Assembly (NCBI RefSeq): GCF_001194135.2
Contig: NC_068984.1
Span: forward strand, 10,011,298 to 10,075,297
Source: Octopus bimaculoides
Taxonomy: Eukaryota
Length of the DNA: 64,000 nt
Direction of reading: 5' to 3'
The translations under genes were made by a program, and so were the position numbers. Below are positions 11,973-25,055 of this stretch, in pieces; position 1 is the first letter of the stretch, and the number at the start of each line of letters is the position of its first letter. The notes under the pieces were generated by a model. The model ran no database searches and had not been told where the DNA came from. It saw only the letters and a list, made by a program, of their open reading frames with translations.

Positions 11973-12512
11973 ATGAAAAAGATTTTAACCCAGGCCAAAT
12001 TACACTCAACAATAACCACAAAACCAACAGTAAAAAAATGCGGGAGACCCAACTGTGGGATTTGNNNNNNNNNNATTACACTCAACAATAACCACAAAAC
12101 CAACAGTAAAAAAATGCGGGAGACCCAACTGTGGGATTTGTGTCAACGTAATAGAAGGATCGGAACACCGATTAGAACAAGGCCATAATTTCACAATAAA
12201 ACTAATTTTACATGTGCATCGGAGAACTTGATCTACCTAATTACATGCTCTGAATGCAAACGGCAATATATTGGACACACTAAAAACAGCCTACGTCAGA
12301 GGATGACGGTACACAAATCCCAAATTAGGATCTCGGAAGACAGGAAAATACCTCTCAGTCAGCACATCGACAAATGTGCTTACAACAAATTTCACAAATT
12401 CACAACGTTTCCACTATACAAATTCAAAGACAATGCTAGCCAAAATAAACGCATTAGCAAGGAAATACATTTCATAAGAAAATACCGACCAAGTCTAAAT
12501 TCTCTAAACTAG
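11973..12512 (+). pseudogene. PLE GIY-YIG endonuclease (frameshifted, gap at 12065-12074)
   Basis: TCASENLIYLITCSECKRQYIGHTKNSLRQRMTVH...KEIHFIRKYRPSLN. Confidence 0.88.
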
Positions 12513-12642
12513 CAACACTGAGACTTTCATATATATTTTTATATATCTATATATGGATTTGCAAGTTATTCATAAAAAATAAACAAAGGGAATCGAAGAA
12601 CCCGATTTCTATTAAAACCACAGGAGGAACAACTTCACCATG

Positions 12643-12703
<61 letters not shown>

Positions 12704-12963
12704 TTGTTATTATCATTACTGCTGCTGGTTATTCGACGGCTACGACCACTCCTAGAAAACGAGTCTTGACCACTATTTAATTTACCAAAACAGATAGTAG
12801 TAATCTACTATCGCAGTGAGTTGAACTTACCATGCCTCCAGAACAGAACGAAAGGACCACATGCGCTTGCATGAAATAACAGTAAACTATGAATGTTATT
12901 CTTAATTTTAATTTCAATTTTATTTTATTAATAGCCCTCTTCTCTTCTCACATATTTTATACT

Positions 12964-13005
12964 CATTTTTGATAAGGTTTTTCAAAAAAACCGAAACATG
13001 TAATG
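12964..13005 (+). ncRNA. Decayed minimal hammerhead at PLE 3' end
   Basis: TTGATAA (for CTGATGA)-GGTTTT/AAAACC-GAAAC-ATGT-A; palindromic ACATGT stem III. Confidence 0.45.
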
Positions 13006-14287
13006 TAAATTAATTAAAACACCTAATTTTTTAATAGTGGCAATTTTCATTTTTGTTTATCTTTAATATATATATATACATACTTCTAAAATATGGATAA
13101 AATTTTTCGAAAAAGAAATTTTATCAGTGGCCAGCATATTTAAATACCTTTCAAGGTGAAAATAAAAGATATGAACAATTATAAATAAGGCCAAAAGAAA
13201 AAAATCCTATAGCAATATGCTAAAAATAGTGTTTAGATCATCTAATCACATACAATTCGCTATTCCTGAACTATTAAAAAAATTTCTGTTAGCTTGCTTT
13301 CCTCATTTCAACACGCCATGTATTTATAGTGAGAAATATTGCGTATAGTCAGACGATCTAAGATGTATTTTTCAGCAAACTGGAATAGGAAATTTTTCTT
13401 TTAGCTTTATTTATAATTGTCACAGTATATGAACTCAAGTAATCTAGTCGTACTCATAAAAAGAGTTCCTTCATTTATTATTCTACAAAACGTGTAGAAT
13501 ATGCAGTATGATAGAAGAGAAAATGATAAGGAGTGTATAAAGTCATAAATGACGGAAATAGTTTGATGAAATTTTATTTAAGAATAAGAAAATTCAATTA
13601 TCGTGACAAATTGTTTCGTAACTTAAAAACATGTAAATACTTTATATTATTATATTTGATAACAAATAAATTACTTACAAGCCTGCATTAATGCAAAATG
13701 CAAAAATCTTTCAATATAACACAGAATTTAAGCTACGTTCTCATGTACATATACAAAGGATATTTGTGTACATGTGTGTGTAACTGCATATATACTGGTA
13801 TGTATTTGTCCAGAGACAACTAGTCGCCTGCAACGGATGTGGACTTACGACCCATAAGCTAACAGTCTAGCTACCTTCAGTGATATACTGGCATTAATAT
13901 AATCTAAATAGATTGATTACACTTTATAATCATATGAAAGATAATATAGTTAGAGCTATTAATCAATCAAGATTGACAAATTTACTGTGGTTACATCGGA
14001 GCAGCTTTTATATGAGATTCATGAAATGAAATATAAGAATAAACTATTTTCCTGTATAGATAAAGACGAACAAAGCAGCAGATGATTTGCTAAATGCAAT
14101 GGTTGTATTTGATTAAGTAACGACTTACAAACCTGGGAACTTATCAGCGTGCTGACATTTGCGTAGAGAGAACATTCATCAAATGAGAACACACTGCCAT
14201 TGCCGGGAGGAATTAAGAAGTTTGCCTCGCAATTATGTGCTTCCCGATTCGATCCCATTGCGTGCCACTGCTATAGTTTTGAAAGAT

Positions 14288-14406
<119 letters not shown>

Positions 14407-14741
14407 TTACAGAACTAATAGAATATTAGCTTTAATCAATGGAGAATCAGCTAATAATTCAAGAGAATAACTTAATGAAAACCGTAGTTTAACGAAGTTT
14501 TAGCCATCACAGGAAAGGTCACTGCTTTGATAGAGAGGAGCTAGAAGGAAATTTAGCTGTTATTTCTAGCAAATCTTGTAACTGTGTAAAGGCTCTTTTA
14601 GTGCTTTGTGATATAAATGAGGATGATTCTGATATGGTACTAAGCAATACTATCATGGTTTATTGTATTTCAAATCTTCTGTCAGATACAACTAACAACT
14701 ATGAAACCATGGTTACCATGTTTCAAACCTTCTTGACGAAA

Positions 14742-14798
14742 CTGGTATGGTAGCTGTCTCTGGTATGGTAGCTACCTCTGGTATGGTAGCTGTCTCTG
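14742..14798. repeat. 18-bp tandem repeat x3 (ctggtatggtagctgtct)
   Basis: Direct. Confidence 0.9.
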
Positions 14799-15017
14799 AT
14801 ATTTCGAATGAACTTTGCTAAACTACAGTTTACAAGTTCTGTAATAATTAATCGAAGCACTTTTATTAAGATTAATTAATTAAGAGAGTGAATAAGTAAT
14901 GCTTAAACGTAGATATCTTCTGAATAATATAACACTGTACATGTTTTTGCTTTTTCTTTATATGAATAAGGTCGGTCGCTGTTCTTTGAACATGTTTTGA
15001 TTGGGTCAGATATCATA

Positions 15018-15250
15018 TTTATTTCTTTATTGCCCACAAGGGGCTAAACATAGAGGGGACAAACAAGGACAGACAAAGGAATTAAGTCGATTACATCGAC
15101 TCCAGTGCGTAATTGGTACTTATTTAATCGACCCCGAAAGGATGAAAGGCAAAGTTGAAATCAGCGGAATTTGAACTCAGAACGTAGCGGCAGACGAAAT
15201 ACCGCTAAGCGTTTCGCCAGGCGTGCTAACGTTTCTGCCAGCTCGCCGCC
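15018..15250 (-). mobile_element. SINE family A, tail 1
   Basis: Reverse complement of the 491-722 type. Confidence 0.9.
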
Positions 15251-15867
15251 GGTCAGATATCATATTGGTGCCTATTATTCGTCGGTACAAAGCTTGTTCT
15301 ACCACTACTAGTCTTGATGCAGGAGGTTGCTAAGTTTAATGACATCGTTGGAATGGAAATGTTTAACTGTTCTTTGATTTGCGACATCACTCTGCTAACC
15401 ACCTTCGTTGATCGACCGGTTGTTGTCCTCCACCCCACACTTTACACTTCTTAGTTGTTGGTAATTTTAATTAACAATTTTATTTGTTGATGATTTGTTG
15501 ATTAATCAACATGTAATTGCTCGCTTGTTTATTTGGTTGCCTGATGAGTTGAGAGTCGCGCACCAGATTACGTAATGTTGTGGATGATGTGCATACTGCA
15601 TACCTGACTGTATCATGTTTATGTCACAATAAAGACTCTTGGAACAACTGTAGCAATATCAAATAACCGATTGGTTTACTTTTATTCTTTATAATGCATC
15701 CCACAAAAAGTGACGATTAATGATGGAAGCAGGGATCATAAGGGAACAATGTCAAAATAAACAGACAACACAAGTCATAAACAAAGTAAAAATGTGATGT
15801 ATAAACATGTACAAACAAAATTTTAGAACTTGTTCAAACAACTAAACATCAAAATGTTTGTCTAGCA

Positions 15868-16037
15868 CAGCGTTTCTCAACCGGGGTTCCCCGTAACACT
15901 AGGGGTTCCGCGAAAGGTTCCTAGGGGTTCTGTATAAGGTCGCTAGGGGTTCCGTAAAAGGTTCCTACGGGTTCCGCAAGAAAGAGTGAGATAAGCTAAT
16001 GATAATTTCATGATCGTAATATTACTATACATGCACG
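15868..16037 (+). mobile_element. hAT-type non-autonomous DNA transposon end with ggggttcc subterminal repeats
   Basis: Starts CAGCGTTTCTCAACC (hAT/Charlie-like terminus); inverted homologue at 17714-17867 and deletion derivative near 37073-37112. Confidence 0.65.
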
Positions 16038-16065
16038 CTATATGTGCATATACATTATATATATA

Positions 16066-16105
<40 letters not shown>

Positions 16106-16578
16106 NNNNNNNNNNNNNNNNNNNNNNNNNNNNNNNNNNNNNNNNNNNNNNNNNNNNNNNNNNNNNNNNNNNNNNNNNNNNNNNNNNNNNNNNNNNNNNN
16201 NNNNNNNNNNNNNNNNNNNNNNNNNNNNNNNNNNNNNNNNNNNNNNNNNNNNNNNNNNNNNNNNNNNNNNNNNNNNNNNNNNNNNNNNNNNNNNNNNNNN
16301 NNNNNNNNNNNNNNNNNNNNNNNNNNNNNNNNNNNNNNNNNNNNNNNNNNNNNNNNNNNNNNNNNNNNNNNNNNNNNNNNNNNNNNNNNNNNNNNNNNNN
16401 NNNNNNNNNNNNNNNNNNNNNNNNNNNNNNNNNNNNNNNNNNNNNNNNNNNNNNNNNNNNNNNNNNNNNNNNNNNNNNNNNNNNNNNNNNNNNNNNNNNN
16501 NNNNNNNNNNNNNNNNNNNNNNNNNNNNNNNNNNNNNNNNNNNNNNNNNNNNNNNNNNNNNNNNNNNNNNNNNNNNNA

Positions 16579-16905
16579 GGACTTATTCTTTGGAAGCCTA
16601 GTACTTATTCTATCGGTCTCTTTTGCCGAACCACTAAGTTACGAGGACATAAACACACCAGCATCGGTTGTCAAGCGATGGTGGAGGGACAAACACAGAC
16701 ACACAAACATATACACACACATAAATATATATACATATATACGACGGGCTTCTTTCAGTTTCCCTCTACCAAATCCACTCACAAGGCTTTGGTCGGCCCG
16801 AGGCTATAGTAGAAGATACTTTCCCAAGGTGCCACGCAGTGGGACTGAACCCAGAACCATGTGGCTCGTAAGCAAGCTACTTACCACACAGCCACTCCTA
16901 CACCT
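16579..16905 (-). mobile_element. SINE family B (runs out of gap 16106-16577)
   Basis: Consensus match. Confidence 0.9.
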
Positions 16906-17489
16906 ATTTGTGCATATTATTACAGGATGTCACCAAACCATTCCAGCATGGAACATAATGAGTTTTCAATGGTGATGATGATGATGATAATGGCCCCATC
17001 AGGTACAATGGACTCTCCCATCAATTGGACTTTGGGTATATGTCTATTAGTATACCTATTAAAGCATCTTCACCGCTTGGGCTACCTGATGTCATCCACG
17101 GTAACGATATAATTGTGCGAGACAAGGTTGTACCTTTGGATCACACGCATACTTCATTCAACAGGCTTCTACACAGTTTCCACCAATCCAATTACACTCA
17201 AAGAATACAGGTAGATCCAAAGATCCGCAATCTTGAGCAAACATCATTTTTACAGCCTCGGGTCGACCTGGGTTTCGTAGTTACGACTTGAACTTATTAA
17301 CCATTCGTCCATACTGTGGTACTGTTATTGTTGTTGCGTGTCTCCTTTCAGCCCTGCTGGAGCAACATCTATGGCTCTAGGGTTATCGGAGGACAGAATG
17401 ATACCCGCTGCTCCTTTTTTCCAGACGCACATACGCCTCCATCTAGTTGACGACTTTACTGCCGTCTGACACGAAGTAATTTGTCGTAT

Positions 17490-17960
17490 GGAGTGAAGGC
17501 GCGTGGATTAGCGGTTAGGATGTTTGGCCCATGATCGTAAAGTCATGTGTTCGATTCCCGGCGTTGCATTGTGTCCTTCAGCAAGATTTATTTCACGTTG
17601 TTCCAGTTGACTCAGCTGCCAAAAATGAGCTGTACATGCAATTCAGGCAGTCAGTCTTGTTACATTCTGTCTCATGTTGAATCTCCCTAAAAACTACGCT
17701 AAGAGTACAAATAACGTGCTTGTATAGTAATATTACGATCATGAAATTATCATTAGCTTACCTCACTCTTTCTCGCGGAACCCTTAGGAACCTTTTACGG
17801 AACCCCTAGGAACCTTATACAGAACCCCTAGGAACCTTTTGCAGAACCCCTAGAATTACAGGAAACCAGTACTCAGCCACTTGCACGTTAATTTCAAGAG
17901 CAGACTGTTTCGTTGATCGGATCAAGTGGAACCCTCGTCGCAATCGACTGAGTGTCGATT
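17490..17960 (+). mobile_element. tRNA-derived SINE family C, interrupted by hAT-type arm (about 17711-17867)
   Basis: Head gaaggcgcgtggattagcggttagg...ttcgattccc; tail ctcagccacttgcacgttaatttc...gatcggatcaa matches the reverse complement of 42410-42560. Confidence 0.75.
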
Positions 17961-18289
17961 AGTTAGTTATTGACAATGTAAAAGTCTAGGCATGTTGCGC
18001 TGTTTTCACTATCCAGTTTATAGATTTTGGCGGTGACCACAACAGATATTTATGAGGTGGACTTGGCCACGGAGCAACAGTTGTTCTGTTTCACTTATCA
18101 TTAGGGGCGTATTGAGGTTATTGACACTTCAAATATTATGTGTGTGCGTGTGTGTGTGTGTGTGTTTATGTGATTCTGTTAACAATTTAATACTCTAGTA
18201 ATGTCACGCTTTAAATAATTTGAAACTTTAAACAATGCTTTAATTTAAATAGAATTCTACTTTAAATGCCATTATTTAAACAATGTGAT

Positions 18290-18400
18290 ACTTTAAACAA
18301 TGAAAGACATTAAACAATGAAAGATGTTAAGCAATGAAAGATGTTAAACAATGAACGACGTTAAACAATGAAATATAAACAATTTGATGTTCTAAGCAAT
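18290..18400. repeat. Degenerate ~17-bp tandem repeat (ttaaacaatgaaagatg)
   Basis: Direct. Confidence 0.8.
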
Positions 18401-18490
18401 GTAAAGTTGATATTTAAAGAACTGAAAATGCCAAATAACTATTTCTAAAGCCTGCATAGCTATCTTAATGTGCAATATTTATTCTAATCA

Positions 18491-19150
18491 AGGCGCCGAG
18501 ATGGCAGAATCGTTAGCACGCCGGGCGAAATGCTTAGCGGTATTTCGTCTGTCTTTACGTTCTGAGTTCAAATCGACGAGGTCGACTTTGGCTTTTATCC
18601 TTTCGGGGTCGATAAATTAACTTCCAGTTGTGTACAGGGGTCGATGTAATCGGCTTAATCTCTTTGTCTGTCCTTGTTTGTTCCCTCTATGTTTAGCCCC
18701 TTGTGAGCAATAAAGAAATAAGAAACGTTAGCACGCTGAGCTAAATGCTTAGCGGTATTTCGTCTGCCGCTACGTTCTGAGTTCAAATTCCACCGAGGTC
18801 GACTTTGCCTTTCATCCTTTCGGGGTCGATAAATTAAGTACCAGTTGCGTACTGGGGTCGATCTAATCGACTGGTCCCGCTCCCCCAAAAATTTCGGACC
18901 TTGTCCTAGGGTAGAAAAGAATATTTACTCTAATCAAGGTGGCGAGATGGTAGAGTCGTTACCGCGCTGGACAAAATGCTTAGCAGCGTTTCGTCCGTCT
19001 TTACGTTCTGAGTTTAAATTCCACCAATGTTGACTTGGCCTTTCATTCTCTCGAGATCAATAAAATAAGTACCAGTTGAGCACTGGGGTCGACGTAATCG
19101 ACTTACTCCTCCCAAAAATTGCTGGTATTGTGCCAAAATTTGAAACCAAC
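18491..19150 (+). mobile_element. SINE A heterodimer (18491-18922) plus third copy (18937-19150)
   Basis: Target-like sequence (atat)tta(t/c)tctaatca occurs at 18475-18490, 18921-18936 and 19153-19164. Confidence 0.85.
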
Positions 19151-19959
19151 ACTTATTCTAATCATAGATGCGATATATTTTGCAGTCATTCATCAAGTTT
19201 CGTAAACAGCGCAACTGATTCAATGCCAAAAGGTTTTATCGTTGTCACGGTCTACGATTGCGAATATTTGCGGTCGGATGGGATTCTTCCGAAGTATTTC
19301 TGGCGAAACGTTACTCGACAGGATAACCATATTATTACCAAGAATCATATTTATCCAATACAACAAAAAGCTCAGTCTTTTATGGCAGTGTGATGGCTTA
19401 TATGTCTCAATAACCCTGAGAGCTGTGCCAGCACAACGCTAGCTTCTGGTAGGGCCTCCCATACTGGACAGGTCAAAAGATAAAGGCCAGACTAATATGG
19501 ACGACCTCTTCCCAGAAGTTAAAATGGGTTTGCGAAGGACAGACAAACCTACCTAGAAAAGCACGAAGTTACAGAAGTATCGTTGACAATTTAGAACCAA
19601 ACAAGATGTAGTGATGTCAGTATGTGACAACCTACAATTTTACAATTGCATGCGAGAAAGAGGGGTTACCATCTGGGACGTAAAACGACAAGGAAAATAA
19701 CTTGTGAGACGTTCATAATAGGTCATAACATATTTATTACTAGATGTAATGTGTTAACATATAAAAATGGTCTGAAAGAAAAGGCTTGTAACATATTACA
19801 AGAACATACTTTACAACCATATGTCTCAAAAGCAAATAAGGCGAATATGTGCGCGTGCGGTTGTGTGTGCGAGTGGCATGGCTCAATGTGTACGTCTAGG
19901 AACCGACAGACGAAAGGAGCACGAAATTAGAATTGCGTTCGCTTTATATAAGGGATGAA

Positions 19960-20360
19960 CCAGAAGTCCCTGACTTCCACGTCAGCCAGAAATCAATTGA
20001 AAGCTTCTAGAATATCCGAGAGTTTTGGAGAAGGTCGAGAGAGATTACTCTCGTTAGATCCCTTTTTCGTTTTGCTTTCCTGCTTGACCACCAGGGGTCA
20101 CTACAAAGGCGTGGCAGAGGAAGGCCTTCCCTCATGCTGCAGAATCTGAAAGGACATCTTGAATTTCACGTCAGGCTCCGGTGTTGAACACGCAACAGAA
20201 GCAGAAGAGAGGACACCCTAAAAGTAAGTGGATGCAGGATTCTGAGTAAAAGCTGAAATGGTGGGAAAAGTAGAGAACTAACTGGAAAGAAACAGAAAAG
20301 ACAACCCAGGGTCAAGAAAACCCGTGGATGGTCTCTGCTCCATAGGAAGCGAAGGGCTTA
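19960..20360 (+). mobile_element. Degraded RTE-clade 3' fragment
   Basis: Ends ccgtggatggtctctgctccatagg, typical RTE C-terminal VDGLCS coding. Confidence 0.55.
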
Positions 20361-20389
20361 GGTATGTAATATTGTTTTCAAATTTTGGC

Positions 20390-20820
20390 ACAAGGCCATC
20401 AGTTTCGTGGGAGGGAGTAAGTCGATTACATCGACCCCCACTACTCAACTGGTACTTATCGAGCCCGAAAGGATGACAGGCAAAAAACAACCTCGGCCGA
20501 ATTTGAACTCAGAACGCAAAGACGGACGAAATGCCACTAAGCATTTTCCCCTTCATGTTAACGATTCTGCCAACTCACCTACCTTGCTTAAATATGTAAT
20601 ATTACCCAATGCAAAAGACGGCTTGCTGACAGAATCGATAGCATGCCGGACAAAATGATTAGCGGTATTTCGTCCGTCTTCGCGTTCTGAGTTCAAACTC
20701 CGCCTAGTTTGACTTTTTCTTTCATCCTTTCCAGGTCGAAAGACTAGGTACCAGTTGAACCCTGGGGTATTTGTAATCGACTTACCACCTCCCCCGAAAT
20801 TATCTGTCCTTGTGCCAAAG
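20390..20820. mobile_element. Two SINE A copies head-to-head
   Basis: Minus copy 20390-20590, plus copy 20600-20820. Confidence 0.8.
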
Positions 20821-21389
20821 TGTTATTACACTATACATTCTCTTTCAAGACGGTTGGGCATGATTTGAGAGAGATTTAGTTGCTATTTCTAACACGTTCC
20901 CCTGGCTGGTTTCGAAGAACAAATATTTATCCCTGGCAGAACTATGAGAAGCCATCTTGATAAATAACAGAGTGAAAGTTCAGAATCACTTGTAATCAAA
21001 AACTTCAACCGTAAAAGTTGCTAGGAGAAACTTTACCATTGAAAACACTCTTGTGAATGAGATACACATCTATTTGAAGTTATTTGTATAATAATGAGTT
21101 CAAAAATATAATTTGATTTATATTTTTGTACTAGATCCTAAGCACGACACTTCCACAAGTGAAAAATCAATCAACCTAATTTTGTTTATAACATCGTTCT
21201 GAATTTAAATTCTTATTTCGTTTGTAATATATTTTCCAAATGACTATTAAAAGCACTTCAATTTTCCCCTGTATTGATTTTTATTTATCGCAGCTCTCCT
21301 TTTGAATATTTTGTGGTGTGTATTGTCTACTGTTTTTCTTTTGATATAGTATTACGATTATATACAACGTTTGTGATGTCGCGTTGGTG

Positions 21390-21800
21390 TGTGAAGGCGC
21401 AATGGTTAGGGCAGCGGACTCGCGGTCGGAGGATAGCGGTTTCGATTCCCAGACCGGACGTTGTGAGTGTTTATTGAGCGAAAACACCTAAAGCTCCACG
21501 AGGCACCGGCAGTGGGGGGGGATCCTGCTGTACTCTTTCTCCACAACTTTCTCTCACTCTTTCTTCCTTGTCTCTTATTTCTTCATTGCCCACAAGGGGC
21601 TAAACATAGAGGGCACAAACAAAGAGATTAAGTCGATTACATCGATCCTCAGTGCGTAACTGGTACTTAATTTATCGACCCCCGAAAGGATGAAAGGTAA
21701 AGTCGACCCTGGTGGAATTTGAACTCAGAACATAAAGACAGACGAAATACCGCTAAGCGCTTCGCCTGGCATGCTAACGTTTCTGCCAGCTCGCCACCTT
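21390..21800. mobile_element. SINE C 5' half (+) abutting SINE A (-)
   Basis: gaaggcgcaatggttagggcagcggactc head to about 21575, then reverse SINE A tail 1. Confidence 0.8.
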
Positions 21801-22579
21801 CAACGATTTAAATATTAAAACGTATTTATTTTAATAACTTGAATGTACGAAAGTGGCAACTTGATAGAATTGTTAGTCCACCGGATAAAATGCATAGTGG
21901 CATTTCTTCCAGCTCTTTATGTTCTCAGTTCAAATTCCGCCAAGGTCAACTTTAACTTCCAGCCTTTGAGGGTCGATGAAATAAAGTACCAGTCAAGTGC
22001 TAGGGTCATTGTATTTGACTTGTCGTTCCTGTTTTGTGGAGTCCATTCTGTTGGAAGCATTCGAGCCAGGTTTTTGGTCTGAAGATATATTTCTTTTTCC
22101 TGTAAAATCTCAGAAGCTCTGCAAAAAGTAACGAGTTCTGTCCTTGATCTTCTAAATCATTTCAAAATATTTACACAAAATCGAAATGCTCTAAATTTCG
22201 CAATTGTATATGATGCAGGAACGTGTCCAAATAACAGAACTCTTTATTTCATGTGACCGTAACAGCATTTTTATGAATGTGACCATCTTTTACTTTATCT
22301 GGATGTTTTGGAAAATCGTTCACTTTTGGCGGGTACGGTGTTGAATTTTTGATCCTTGCCCTACATCGGCCTACTGAATGAATTTGACTGTTATTTCTAG
22401 TATGTAAAGCGAGGACACAGAAGCTCTTTCTTAATGATAACTTTGTAAGCCAAAGTGGAGAAGGGTTTTGTGCTAACAGCGGTCAAGCACTGGTTAGTCG
22501 GTCTTATGAAACGAGTGAAAGCTTCTTCGAAATGCGCCGAACATGTTGTCGAATGAACCCGACCCTAAAAGCTGGCCCT

Positions 22580-22960
22580 GGAAGTGTCTTCTACTATAGC
22601 CCCAGGCCGATCAAAGCCTTGTGAGTGGATTTGGTAGATGGAAACTGAAAGAAACCTGTCATATATATATATTTATGTATGTATGTATATATATATTTGT
22701 GTATGTATATATATATATATATTTATGTATGTATATATATATATATATTTATGTATGTATATATATATATATATATATATTTGTGTCTGTGTTTGTACCC
22801 CCCAATATTGATTGACAACCGATAACTTAGCGGTTCGGCACAAGAGACCGATAGAATAAGTACTAGGCTTACAAAGAATAAGTCCTGGGGTCGATTTGTT
22901 CGACTGAATTCGGTGCTCCAGCATAGCCACAATCAAATGACCGAAACAAAAAAAATTTTT
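22580..22960 (+). mobile_element. SINE family B (5'-truncated) with expanded TA tract
   Basis: Consensus match. Confidence 0.85.
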
Positions 22961-23352
22961 TTTAAATAAGATAAAAAAATAAGAACAAAGACTCGAAATA
23001 CACACATATTCATTTATTCATATATTTTCAATATCACCATAGAACACATAAATAAATATACATGGTTGCTTACTGAGACATGGAATATCAAATATAAAAA
23101 GATGAGAATATGTGTGACGTTGAAAGGTTTTCCTCCAGGGATTTTTTAGCAACTAAAACGAAGCACTTTGGAAAAATGGAAGAAAACAGAAACATGTCTG
23201 TGGACTTTTGTAACTCCTGGGAAATTCATACCAAATAACTCAATTACAACAATAAGGATTTTACATTTAACCATTAGGGAAGTGACACATTTCCAGCTGG
23301 GGATTCAAACTGATTACAAGCCCACTTCACTGCAATAAAGCATCTGATAATT

Positions 23353-23383
<31 letters not shown>

Positions 23384-23419
23384 TATTAATAATAATGATA
23401 ATAATAATAATGATGATTC

Positions 23420-24700
23420 TTTCTATTATAAGCACAAGGCAGCAACGTTGAAAGGAGGGGCAAGCTCATTATATAAACCTCACTACATGACTGGTATTTT
23501 ATTGAAATGCATAGCTGACCTTGGTGGGATTTGAACTTAAAATGGAAACTACCAACGCAAATACTGTAAGGCATTTTTTCTTGATAACTCCAATGATTCT
23601 GCTAGTTTCACTAATAATAATAATAATAATAATCCTTTCTACTAAAGGCACGAGGCCTGAAATTTTGAGGGAGAGTGCTATCCGATTGCATTGACCCCTG
23701 TACATAACCGGTACTTAATTTATTGACCAACCTACCCCCTGAAAGGATGAAGAGCGAAGTCAACCTTGGTGGAATTTGAACCCAGAATGTAAAGACGGAC
23801 AAAATGCCGCTAAATATTTTGCTCGGCATGCTAACGATTCTGCCAGCTCACCACCTTCAATAATAATAATAATAATTCTGTAGTCATTATTTATTAATTA
23901 ATATTGTAATTTTTTCTTTTTTTTTTTTTTCAAACTATTTCGTGTGATTATCTTAAGATGATATTACTTTAACCACCAATAATAATAATAATAATAATAA
24001 TCCTTTCTACTATAGACACAAGGCCTGAAATTTGTGGGGAGGGAACGAGTCAATTACATCGCTCCTAGTGTGTAACTGGTACTTAATTTATCAACCCCGA
24101 AAGGATGAAAGGCAAAGTCGACTTTGGCGGAACTTGAACTCAGAACGTAAAGACAGCATGCTAACGTTTCTGCCAGCTCACCGCCTTAAAAACAATAATA
24201 AGAATAATTCTGTATTCATTATTTATTGTTTATTAATTAATATTATAATTTTTAAAAATGTTTTTTTTTTCAAATTATTTCGTGTTATTATCTAAATATA
24301 GTATTGCTTAAACCACCACCAATAATAATAATAATAATAATAATAAGTTTCAAGTTTTGGCACAAGGCCTGTAATTTTAGGGAAAGGAGTTAGTCGATTA
24401 CATCAACCCCAGTACTTGACTGATACTTAATTTATCGAAACCCCTCCCTGCCTAAAAAAAAAAAAAAAATCAAAGGCTAAGTTTACCACGGCAGGATTTG
24501 AACACAGTACAATAAAGAATTGGAAATAATGCTGATAAATATTTGTTTGATGAATTAGAGTTTCTACTGAAACACGCGCTCTGAAATTTGAGGAAAGGGG
24601 TTAATCAGTACTTGGGTGAGTACATCAAGTACTGGTACTTTATTTTATCAAGCCCAGAAGGACAAGAGACAGGATTTGAATGCGGAATGTAAAAAGATGC
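23420..24700 (-). mobile_element. Cluster of about five SINE A copies separated by (TAA)n runs
   Basis: Repeated cores aggatgaa...gtcgactt...gaatttgaactcagaac. Confidence 0.8.
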
Positions 24701-25055
24701 AGGTGTAACTGAGTGGTAAGAAACTTGCTTCCCAATCACATGGTTCTGGGTTCAGTCCCATGTGGCACCTTGGGCAAGTGTCTTCTACAATAGCCTTGTG
24801 CTGACCAAAGAATTGTGAGTAGATTTAGTAGATGGAAACTGAAAGAAGCCCATCATATATGTGTGTGTGTGTCCCTCACCAACCGGTGTAGGTGTGTTTA
24901 CATCCCTGTAACTTAGCGGTTTGGCAAAAGAGACCAATAGAATAAGCAGCAGGCTTCAGAAATATATATACTGGGGTTGATTTGTTTGACTAAAATTTCT
25001 CAAGGCGCTGTCCCAGCGTGGCCACAGATTAATGACTAAAACAAGTAAAAGAAGG
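24700..25055 (+). mobile_element. SINE family B
   Basis: Consensus match. Confidence 0.85.

Larger units (their letters stand above)
9491..13010 (+). mobile_element. Penelope-like element, Neptune type, 5'-truncated, inactive
   Basis: N-terminal ORF (LKLWKEECEKEELKS), RT, Cys-rich linker CGRPNCGIC, GIY-YIG domain and AT-rich 3' region ending in a hammerhead remnant. A Cys-rich linker is the described Neptune-clade feature. Confidence 0.88.

Noticed and set aside
12001-12140. 64-bp direct duplication in the GIY-YIG linker
   Set aside because: The copies flank a 10-N gap exactly; most likely unmerged contig overlap.
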